DNA of 64,000 bases, taken from positions 394,628-458,627 of the forward strand of contig JACPTS010000001.1 in assembly GCA_016192685.1 (NCBI GenBank), given 5' to 3'. The DNA comes from Candidatus Harrisonbacteria bacterium. GTDB lineage: Bacteria > Patescibacteriota > Minisyncoccia > UBA6257 > 02-FULL-45-10c. Of this stretch, positions 11,512 through 19,605 are shown in pieces (the stretch's first letter is position 1; every line of letters starts with the position of its first letter). Position numbers and translations under genes: made by a program. A model generated the notes under the pieces. It did no database searches and was not told where the DNA came from. It saw only the letters and a list, made by a program, of their open reading frames with translations.

Positions 11512-12023
11512 TGAATTTTGATTTAGCTTTATTTAATTTAATCCATAATTTGTCCGGCAAAAGCCGGCTGCTGGATTTTTTTGGCGTTTTTTTTGCCGAT
11601 TATTTCGGCTATTTTTTAATTATTGCCGTTGGCCTAATATTATTTTCTCGGAATGGCTGGAAAGAGAAATACCGTTATTTTTCGCTGATTTCACTGGCAG
11701 TTATTTTATCCAGAGGAATTTTTACGGAATTAATCCGTTTTTTTTGGCATCGGCCAAGGCCTTTTTTGGTTTTGAATTTTACGCCATTAATTGAACAGGC
11801 TAATCAAGGCGCTTTTCCTTCCGGCCACGCCGCTTTTTATTTCGCGCTGATTTTGCCGGTTTTTTTGATTAATAAAAAATGGGGTAATTATTTGGCGGCC
11901 GGCGTTTTGTTAATGGGTTTATCCCGTATTTTTGTCGGCGTTCATTGGCCGCTGGATATAGCCGGCGGCGCTTTGGCGGCTATTTTAAGCGTGCTAGTGG
12001 CAAAACGAATCTTGCGCTCCTAG
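11511..12023 (+). CDS. PAP2-family phosphatase (undecaprenyl-PP phosphatase-like)
   Basis: RPRP, FPSGHA, SRIFVGVHWPLD. Confidence 0.9.
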   Translation: MNFDLALFNLIHNLSGKSRLLDFFGVFFADYFGYFLIIAVGLILFSRNGWKEKYRYFSLISLAVILSRGIFTELIRFFWHRPRPFLVLNFTPLIEQANQGAFPSGHAAFYFALILPVFLINKKWGNYLAAGVLLMGLSRIFVGVHWPLDIAGGALAAILSVLVAKRILRS

Positions 12024-12075
12024 GCTATTATGTTTTATATTGGATTTAAGCGTACTTTGAAAAGCAGGAGTTGAG

Positions 12076-13836
12076 ATGAAAATTTGCTGGTGTGACGGCT
12101 GCAAAAAAGAAGAACTGAACCGGCTTAAGAGCGAGATTAAAAAGCTTCAAGAAGAAATAAAGGAGTTGGAAGAAGCTAATCAGGACGATAAAGCTTTGAT
12201 TAGGATTTTGATGAAAAGGATAAGAAAGTTGGAAAAAGCAGTATCGGAATTGGCGGAAAGGGCGCAGCATTATAAAAATAGCGTTGCTAGGCTGTCGGAA
12301 AGGGCAAAGCGTCCGCCCTGCGGCTACGCTATTTTTGTCCGTCCGCATCCCGGCGGCGAGCCGGATGAGGTTGATGTGCTGGATGGCGGCCATCTTAAGA
12401 AGGTGGCGCTCGCCATGTCTGATATTACTGCCAAGGATTTGAAATGCGGTTGGGAAGTTTTACTGAATGCGAAAGATAATGTGGTGGAGGTGACTAAAAA
12501 TTATTGGTCGTGGGGATCGGAAGTAATTTTTAAAGAGCGTTTAAGCGAGGATATTGCTTTAGTAATGAGTGAAGTGGATAGCGTCCAGCAATGTTTTTTA
12601 AGCCCAGAATTAAAAAATGTTCAATTAAAGTCCGGCGATTCTTTATTGAATTGCGGCGGCCTGCTGGTGAAGATTCTCCCGAAAACCGAAGAGAAAGATC
12701 ATGATTTGGAAGAGGTTCCGGATTTGGACTTTTCTAAGGTTGGCGGATTAGCCAAGCAAATCGCCGAAATTGAAGAGGCGTTGGCTCCTTTTGCGGATCG
12801 CGAGGTGTATATAAAAGAAGCTAAAGGCCAGGATATGCCTCGGGGCATTTTATTGGATGGGCCTCCCGGTTGCGGCAAGACGCTTCTTGCCAGGGTTATT
12901 GCTTCTAATTTAGCCAAGCACCGCGGCCTTAAAGGTTATTTTATGGCCCTGACCAGTACCGAGCTTATCAATAAATATGTCGGAGAAACCGAAAGAAAGC
13001 TCCGCGAATTATTCAATCGGGCGAAAGAAAAATCCGGCGAAGGCAATTTGGTAGTCATTTTTATTGATGAAATTGACGCTTTGGTTCGGAGTCGGGATTT
13101 TGCCATGGATAAGGAGCCGTGGAAAGGCGATACAGTCGCGCAATTCTGCGGGCTCTTGGACGGCATTACGCCGTTGGGCGATATTATCGTTATCGGAGCG
13201 ACCAATCATAAAAATTTGATTGACCCGGCTATTTTAAGGCCCGGAAGAATGACGGTGCAGATTACGGTGCCGCGGCCGAATCGGAAAGGCGCCGAGGAGA
13301 TTTTGAGGATTTATTTGGCCCCGGATTTGTCATTTGGGCAGAAATATTTTCAAGATGATTTGTATGAGTACCTTGACCATTTTGGCAGCGGCAAGAAAGA
13401 AATTGCCGAGCTTAATAAAAATCCGGAAAAGGTGCGCGATCATTTCTTAGACATGGTCATCAAAAGAATTTTCTATAAAGGCAATCCGCTGGAAATAGTT
13501 TTGGGCGAGGGCACGGAAGATGAAGAGGTTTTAAAGATTGACAATAAAATTGAGGTTATGAATGAGCATCAGCTGCTTAAGACTTACCTCAAGGATTGGG
13601 TATCGGGCGATATGCTTAAAAATATCGTGGAAAAGGCGAAGCGCATCGCTTTTACCCGTTGGCTTCGGAAGAGGAAACAGGATCCGGCTGTCAAATATGA
13701 ATTAACTAAGAAAGATTTTTTTCTGGCTGTTGATGCCGAATATCAAAGAATTGTTTCTTCGGTGAAGGCCCCGAAACAAGCGGCGGAAAAGAAATATGAA
13801 ATAGGATTTAAAAGTAAAGAAGAGAAAAATGAATAG
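12076..13836 (+). CDS. arc: ARC/Mpa-like AAA+ ATPase
   Basis: N-terminal coiled coil, OB-like interdomain, LEEVPD..F..VGGL, Walker A GPPGCGKT, pore loop NKYVGETE, Walker B IFIDE, ATN...IDPAILRPGR; upstream of dop and tag gene. Confidence 0.88.
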   Translation: MKICWCDGCKKEELNRLKSEIKKLQEEIKELEEANQDDKALIRILMKRIRKLEKAVSELAERAQHYKNSVARLSERAKRPPCGYAIFVRPHPGGEPDEVDVLDGGHLKKVALAMSDITAKDLKCGWEVLLNAKDNVVEVTKNYWSWGSEVIFKERLSEDIALVMSEVDSVQQCFLSPELKNVQLKSGDSLLNCGGLLVKILPKTEEKDHDLEEVPDLDFSKVGGLAKQIAEIEEALAPFADREVYIKEAKGQDMPRGILLDGPPGCGKTLLARVIASNLAKHRGLKGYFMALTSTELINKYVGETERKLRELFNRAKEKSGEGNLVVIFIDEIDALVRSRDFAMDKEPWKGDTVAQFCGLLDGITPLGDIIVIGATNHKNLIDPAILRPGRMTVQITVPRPNRKGAEEILRIYLAPDLSFGQKYFQDDLYEYLDHFGSGKKEIAELNKNPEKVRDHFLDMVIKRIFYKGNPLEIVLGEGTEDEEVLKIDNKIEVMNEHQLLKTYLKDWVSGDMLKNIVEKAKRIAFTRWLRKRKQDPAVKYELTKKDFFLAVDAEYQRIVSSVKAPKQAAEKKYEIGFKSKEEKNE

Positions 13837-13858
13837 CGCTCGTTAAGGGCGCTTTTTT
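13835..13858 (+). terminator. Intrinsic terminator after arc
   Basis: AGCGCTC-gttaa-GGGCGCT followed by T run. Confidence 0.65.
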
Positions 13859-13924
13859 ATTCCCTTGTATTCTCGTTGGCGGTAGTTTAAAATAGGTTCA
13901 AGTTCTTTGAAAGAGCGGAGGGCT

Positions 13925-15388
13925 ATGGCAATTCCGAAGCTGTGCGGCATTGAAAATGAATTTGGATTTTCTGTTTTTGACGCGGCCGGTAAGCAATTAG
14001 GGAGTGATGGCTATTTGGAGGCGGCGCATCGCTTTGTGGCTTATTTTCTGGCGCACGAAAAAGCCATTCGTTACGATCCGGCGAAGGAATCTCGGCGGCG
14101 CGATACCGACGGAGACGACGAAGAAGAATCGGAAACTTTATTTGAGCGGACGCACCGGCGGCTTACTGAAAGTCTTACAACGGGAACTGACGGTTTTTTG
14201 GCAAATGGCGCGCGGTTTTATTTGGACGCGCACCATCCGGAATATTCCACGCCGGAATGCTTGACCCCGCTGGAATTAGTTGCTCATGATAAAGCGAGCG
14301 AGCTGGTGATGCTGGAGGCGGCGCATTTATTTTCGCGTCAGCTGGCCGGCAATCGGCATCGTATATTCGTCCATAAAAATAACAGCGATGGCAATGGCCA
14401 CAGTTACGGTTGCCATTTAAATGTCCTTTTAAAGCGGGAATTGGTAAGCGGCAATTTTAAATATCTGGTAAAGCAGTATATTCCGTTTCAAATCAGCAGG
14501 ATTATTCTGATTGGGGGCGGGAAGCTGGGGGCGGAGAATAATCGGCCCGTCTGCCAATTTCAAATTTCCCAGCGAGCGGATTTTTTTGAAAAGTTGGTTA
14601 GCCAGAATACGGTTGAAAATCGCCCGATTTTCAATACCCGAGACGAGCCGCACGCGGACCCTAAAAAATATTTTCGCCTTCACGATATTTCCACCGATTC
14701 TTTGGTGTGCGAACAGGCCATTTTTCTTAAAGCGGCGCTTAGCCAAGTTGTGCTGGCGATGATTGAAGACGGATTTTTAAAAGACAATGTTTTGCCTAAA
14801 AATCCGGCAGAGGCGATGGCGCGCGTATCCCGCGACCTTTCGTTTAAAGACGGACTTCTGTTGGAAACCGGCAAAAAAATGACCGGCTTAGAAATATTGC
14901 GCCATTATCTGACGCAAAGTAAAAAATATCTGGCTGAACATCCCATGAGCGATCAGCATATTTTAGCGGTTGACCAGGCGCTGGGACTGCTTAATCAATT
15001 GGAAGAAAATCCGCTGGCAACTGCCGGAAAATTAGATTGGACTACCGCTTGGAAAATCGCCGAAAGCCGGCCAGCTCAAGCCAAGCAAAACCTTTTGGCT
15101 TTTAGGGAAATTTACCCCCGCGGATACTACCGGGAATTGGTTAAAAGAGGAAAAATATGCCGTCTGGTAAGCGATGAAGAGATTGCGCGGGCTAAGTTAA
15201 GCCCGTCAATTAATACCAGGGCTTATTTAAGAAGCGAGATGATTAAAAAATTCGGTTTAACGATACGCGATATGAGCTGGTCTCTTTTCTCGGTAAAAAT
15301 CGGCCAACGGCTAAAAGTCCTGGAGGCGGATAACCCCCTTCTTGCAAAAGCGGAAGCGGATATGCTATTATCAAATTTAGAAATTTGA
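13925..15388 (+). CDS. dop: Dop-like deamidase/depupylase (PafA/Dop family)
   Basis: GIENEFG, NGARFYLDAHHPEYSTPEC, KNNSDG.G.SYGCH, SQRADF, RPIFNTRDEPHAD..YFRLH; ATG 13925 follows GGAGG. Confidence 0.85.
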   Translation: MAIPKLCGIENEFGFSVFDAAGKQLGSDGYLEAAHRFVAYFLAHEKAIRYDPAKESRRRDTDGDDEEESETLFERTHRRLTESLTTGTDGFLANGARFYLDAHHPEYSTPECLTPLELVAHDKASELVMLEAAHLFSRQLAGNRHRIFVHKNNSDGNGHSYGCHLNVLLKRELVSGNFKYLVKQYIPFQISRIILIGGGKLGAENNRPVCQFQISQRADFFEKLVSQNTVENRPIFNTRDEPHADPKKYFRLHDISTDSLVCEQAIFLKAALSQVVLAMIEDGFLKDNVLPKNPAEAMARVSRDLSFKDGLLLETGKKMTGLEILRHYLTQSKKYLAEHPMSDQHILAVDQALGLLNQLEENPLATAGKLDWTTAWKIAESRPAQAKQNLLAFREIYPRGYYRELVKRGKICRLVSDEEIARAKLSPSINTRAYLRSEMIKKFGLTIRDMSWSLFSVKIGQRLKVLEADNPLLAKAEADMLLSNLEI

Positions 15389-15409
15389 TTTTACTGGAAA
15401 AGGAAAAAT

Positions 15410-15622
15410 ATGGTTCCGGAAGAGGAGCGGAAGAAAAAGAAAGATAAGAAAAAGAAGAAACCAGGCGATCCGGAAGAGGAAGAAGAGGAGAAGGAATCCG
15501 ACGAGGATGAAGAGTTAAAAAAAGACCTTGAAAGCGATGATATTGGAGACATTTTGGACGATTTGAAGAGCACTCAACCGGAGCAAATTCCCGATGAATT
15601 CCGCCAAAAGAGCGGACAATAA
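15410..15622 (+). CDS. Pup/UBact-like protein modifier
   Basis: 70 aa, highly charged and likely disordered, ends EFRQKSGQ (close to UBact R[ST]G[EQ]); lies between dop and pafA. Confidence 0.82.
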   Translation: MVPEEERKKKKDKKKKKPGDPEEEEEEKESDEDEELKKDLESDDIGDILDDLKSTQPEQIPDEFRQKSGQ

Positions 15623-15630
15623 TTAGAGCG

Positions 15631-15657
15631 AGCCGCCTTTTTTAAGGGCGGTTTTTT
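15631..15657 (+). terminator. Intrinsic terminator after tag gene
   Basis: AGCCGCCTT..AGGGCGGTT followed by T run. Confidence 0.65.
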
Positions 15658-15723
15658 GTTGTCAAAAAAACCGCCAGAGAGTATAGTATAAACAGCTTAT
15701 TTAAAATAATGCAATAAACAGCC

Positions 15724-17011
15724 ATGCCAGACCGGCTCTGCGGAAAAGAACAAGAGTACGGCATGAGAATTTTACCCACAAAGAAATTCATCGCTTCTCT
15801 GCCTCAGGGGATTTTACTCCCCCCGGAACATCTGGAATATTACTTAAAAGAAGATAGTTTTACTGATTGGAGACGCGGTTTTGCGCAAGCAATTATCAGC
15901 AATATTATGAATTCTAAAATTCCAAATTTTTCTAATGGCAGCGATCGAATTTGGCTTGCTAATGGGTCGCTGATTTATATTGACCTTAAATGTATTGTAG
16001 AAACGGCAACCGCCGAATGCCGCGCCGGATCCCTGGACGGATTATTGCAGGAAAAAGCCTCTGAGCTGATTCTTAATGAAGCCGCGCAATCGGTCGTGGC
16101 GCAGCGCGGCATTGAATCGCTTACTTTGTATAAAAATAACGTCGGCCCTTCCGGCTTGGGGGAAGACAGATTTAACGAAGTAACGTATGGGAGCCATCAT
16201 AATTATTCTTATCTTGAGTCCAAACAGGTGGCTGTATTCCAGGTATTGAAGAGTTTTCTTCCGGTTTCTATTATTTTTAGCGGCAATGGGCACGTGTACA
16301 AGCATAGAAATAATATAATGTACGCGCTTTCTCAAAGGGCGTCTCACATTACGCTGGCGCAGTCGGGAGCGACGTTGGATAATCGAGCTATCGTGACTAC
16401 GCGGGATGAATCGCTTATGGACAGGTCAACCGGCTTAAGCCGCCTGCATTTAATTTCGCGGGATGCCACGCGCTGTGAATTTCAGACGTGGCTGGTGGAT
16501 ACAATCACTCATTTAGTATTAAGACTGGCGGAAGAGGGGTGGAAATTGCCTTTAAATTTATCGCTTAGCGGCCCAGTCACGGAAATGCACGCCATTAATT
16601 TATCACTGGAGGTTAATTTAGATTATAAAGCGGCCTGCTGGCCGTTTGGGGTTAATAGGATAGATATTTTTGAGTATAACAAGATTTTTTTGGATGCCGC
16701 TAAACAGCTTAGTCCGCTCTCCGAACCAGAAAAACTCTGCCTCCAAGAATGGGAAAGAGTTTTAGAGCTCCTGAAAGCCAGAGCTTTTGACCAGCTGGTG
16801 GGAGAATTAGATTGGGTAACTAAATGGTGGCTGCTTAAGAAAAAAATGAGCAAATATTTTAGATAAAATTCTATATATCAATTGGGACGCGGTGTACTTG
16901 CAAGGCAATCCGCCTAAACATTACCCGACCGGAGAGACTGGCAATCCTTTCGCCGCCGTCAGTTCTTCGTTGGAAAATTTGTATAAAGAATTAGGATTAG
17001 CGGCCGATTAA
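15724..17011 (+). CDS. pafA: PafA-like ligase copy 1; frame broken near 16858, C-terminal 50 aa in +1 frame (16859-17011)
   Basis: GKEQEYG, NGSLIYID..VETATAEC, YKNN, YGSHHNY, SQRA, TRDE, RLH, ELDWVTK; downstream frame reads LDKILYINWDAVYL...GNPF. Confidence 0.75.
16426..16542 (+). repeat. 117-bp block identical to 17758-17874
   Basis: Direct comparison: TCAACCGGCTTAAGC...GAAGAGGGGTGG. Confidence 0.93.
16717..16857 (+). repeat. 141-bp block identical to 18034-18174
   Basis: Direct comparison: CTCTCCGAACCAG...ATGAGCAAATAT. Confidence 0.93.
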
Positions 17012-17109
17012 AAAATTTATCCTCGTTAGGCGAGGATTTTTTAATTGATAAAATTAATAATTTGCCTTATATTAAAATGAGCTTCTTAAAAAAATAACAG
17101 AGAAAGAAA

Positions 17110-18472
17110 ATGCAGAAACGTCTTTGCGGCCGCGAGCAAGAGTTTGGAGCTAAGATTATCCTTTCTTCCGGGGGCCTCAGAAAATTAAAACTAGGTACGC
17201 GAGCAGATGTTATCTGTAAAATAATAAGTTTAATTGCCGATGTTGTTCCGGCAGTAACTTTTAACGACAGCAGCAGTGATTATTGGCTTTGCAACGGCTC
17301 AAGGGTTTATTTGGATATGGATTCGGTAGAAACTTCAACTGCCGAGCATCTTGCCGGTTCTTTTGACGGGATAGCTCAGGAGAAAGCTCTGGAGTTAATT
17401 CTTAATAAGGCGGTTCAATCAATAATACGGTCAAAAATAGGGTTAGAGTCTGTTGCCCTTTACAAGAATAATGTTTGGCTTCAAAAAGAAGATGGTCGTT
17501 TTCAGGAGGAGACTTACGGAAGCCACCACAATTACTCTTATTTAACTAAAAAACGGGAGAGGGTTTTCGGGTTAATGAAAAATTTTATTCCCGCCGCCCT
17601 GCCATTAACCGGGAATGGGCATGCGCTTGGCTTAAGGTCGGGACAGTTCGTTTATTGTTTGTCCCAAAGGGCAAGGCACATCATTTTAGTCAAGCATGAT
17701 GATACTTCTTCCGTGCGGCCGATTATCAATCTTCGCGATGAGCCTTTAATGAATGAATCAACCGGCTTAAGCCGCCTGCATTTAATTTCGCGGGATGCCA
17801 CGCGCTGTGAATTTCAGACGTGGCTGGTGGATACAATCACTCATTTAGTATTAAGACTGGCGGAAGAGGGGTGGCAGTTGCGGCCAAGTTTGGTTTTGGA
17901 AAGGCCGCTGGCGGAGCTGCATCATCTGAATTTTAAATTTGATTTGAATTACGAATTAAAGACTGCCTCCTGTGCCATGGATGTCGTTGATTACAATTAT
18001 CTTTTTTTGCGTGCCGCGGAGAAATTAAAGCCTCTCTCCGAACCAGAAAAACTCTGCCTCCAAGAATGGGAAAGAGTTTTAGAGCTCCTGAAAGCCAGAG
18101 CTTTTGACCAGCTGGTGGGAGAATTAGATTGGGTAACTAAATGGTGGCTGCTTAAGAAAAAAATGAGCAAATATGCTTCTGGAAGCAGAAGGAAAGATTA
18201 AGCATCTTGTCTCCAAAGAAGACATCAAAAAAGCCATTCTCACTCCGCCGGAGACAAGGGCTAAGAGCCGGGGGAAGTTTATAAAAGCTTGTTTTAAAAA
18301 TCCCGGGTTGGCAAAACGGGTTAGGGAATTTAATTGGGGCAGCGCGGCAATCTACGATAAAATTATTTATTTCGGAGAAATAAATAATCCTTTTTCCGTT
18401 TCCACGGTTGTGGAGAATGGCTGGCCTTTTTTAAGGCCCGGGATAGATTACAGACCGTTACGGCATTTTTAA
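17110..18472 (+). CDS. pafA: PafA-like ligase copy 2; frame broken near 18174, C-terminal part in ORF 18173-18472
   Basis: GREQEFG, NGSRVYLD..VETSTAE, YKNN, YGSHHNY, SQRA, RPIINLRDE, RLH, ELDWVTK; second ORF has PPETRAKSRGKFI..W..NPF. Confidence 0.75.
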
Positions 18473-18511
18473 TCTTTGGCTAAAAATCCTAAAATCTATT
18501 ATATTTCTCGT

Positions 18512-18540
18512 AAAAACCTGCTGTATTCAGCAGGTTTTTT
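18512..18540. terminator. Bidirectional terminator between pafA2 and tRNA-Leu
   Basis: AAAAACCTGCTG-tatt-CAGCAGGTTTTT. Confidence 0.75.
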
Positions 18541-18557
18541 ATTTTAAGAAGTGTTTT

Positions 18558-18644
18558 TGGTGCCTAGGGAGGGATTTGAACCCTCATGACCTTGCGATCG
18601 CAGGTTTTTGAAACCTGTGCGTATACCAGTTCCGCCACCTAGGC
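18558..18644 (-). tRNA. tRNA-Leu(CAA)
   Basis: GCCTAGG acceptor stem, CAGGT-TTCAAAA-ACCTG anticodon arm, long variable arm, encoded CCA. Confidence 0.95.
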
Positions 18645-18695
18645 ATCTTAATTATTATGCTTTCTGAAGCCATTGGATTACAATATAATATAAAT

Positions 18696-19592
18696 ATGCT
18701 TAACAATCAATTTCAATCTCAGCCAAAACCGCCCGACCCGATTTTTCATATTGAAGCGGACAAGATTAAGCCTAATCCTTTTCAGCCGCGGCGGGATTTT
18801 GATGAAGAATCACTGAAAGAATTGGGCAGTTCTATCCGGGAATTCGGCATTTTGCACCCGATAGTGGTTACCAAGCATGAAGTGGAAACTGACCACGGCA
18901 CGGACGTAGAGTATCATTTGATTTCCGGTGAGCGGCGCTGGCGGGCTTCCAAAATGGTTGGTTTGGAGCGGATACCGGCGATTATCCGGGCCATGCCCAG
19001 CGAACGGGAACGGCTGGAAATGGCGATTATTGAAAACATCCAGCGGGAAGATTTGAATCCGATTGAAACTGCCCGCGCCTATGCCAAGCTTCAGGATCAG
19101 TTTGGCCTTACCCAGCGGGAAATCGCGGTTCGGGTCGGGAAAAGCCGGGAAGTGGTGGCTAACGCGGTTCGGCTTTTGAATTTGCCGACGGAAATCCAGG
19201 AGGCGGTGGCAAAAAGCCAAATCAATGAAAGTCAGGCGCGTCTGCTTCTCATGCTTTCGGATTTAAAAGACCAGCAGAATTTATTTACGGAACTGGTCAG
19301 CAGCAATTTAAGCGTCCGGGATCTTCGCACCCGCATTCAGCAAACCAGAGAAAAAACTTCGGCTGCCCCGCCTTTACCGCCCGACCCAGTACTCCAAAGC
19401 ATTGAGGAGCAACTGCGGGAATTACTTGGAACAAAAGTAAAACTCCAAAAAGAAGGCACTGGCGGGAAACTCACCATCAGTTTTTACTCGCCGGAAGAAC
19501 TGCAGGGAATTATTGAAAAATTAACCAAAGCCAATGCTGAAAAACCAGCATTGCCTGACTTATCCGAACCAAAAGAAGAATTTACGATTTAA
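18696..19592 (+). CDS. parB: ParB/Spo0J partition protein
   Basis: PNPFQPRRDF, ISGERRWRA, IENIQREDLNPIE.A, HTH. Confidence 0.95.
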   Translation: MLNNQFQSQPKPPDPIFHIEADKIKPNPFQPRRDFDEESLKELGSSIREFGILHPIVVTKHEVETDHGTDVEYHLISGERRWRASKMVGLERIPAIIRAMPSERERLEMAIIENIQREDLNPIETARAYAKLQDQFGLTQREIAVRVGKSREVVANAVRLLNLPTEIQEAVAKSQINESQARLLLMLSDLKDQQNLFTELVSSNLSVRDLRTRIQQTREKTSAAPPLPPDPVLQSIEEQLRELLGTKVKLQKEGTGGKLTISFYSPEELQGIIEKLTKANAEKPALPDLSEPKEEFTI

Positions 19593-19605
19593 ATAAAATT
19601 TATAG

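Noticed and set aside
16838-16860. Programmed frameshift at the A7 run restoring full-length PafA
   Set aside because: The +1 frame meets TGA right after the A run, and a shift alone would not restore the missing segments
16426-18174. Diversity-generating retroelement (TR/VR pair) explaining the pafA repeats
   Set aside because: Blocks are fully identical with no adenine-specific mismatches, and no reverse transcriptase is in the window
12024-18560. Tagging locus as an integrated element at tRNA-Leu(CAA)
   Set aside because: No integrase, and no duplicate of the tRNA 3' end found at the left boundary
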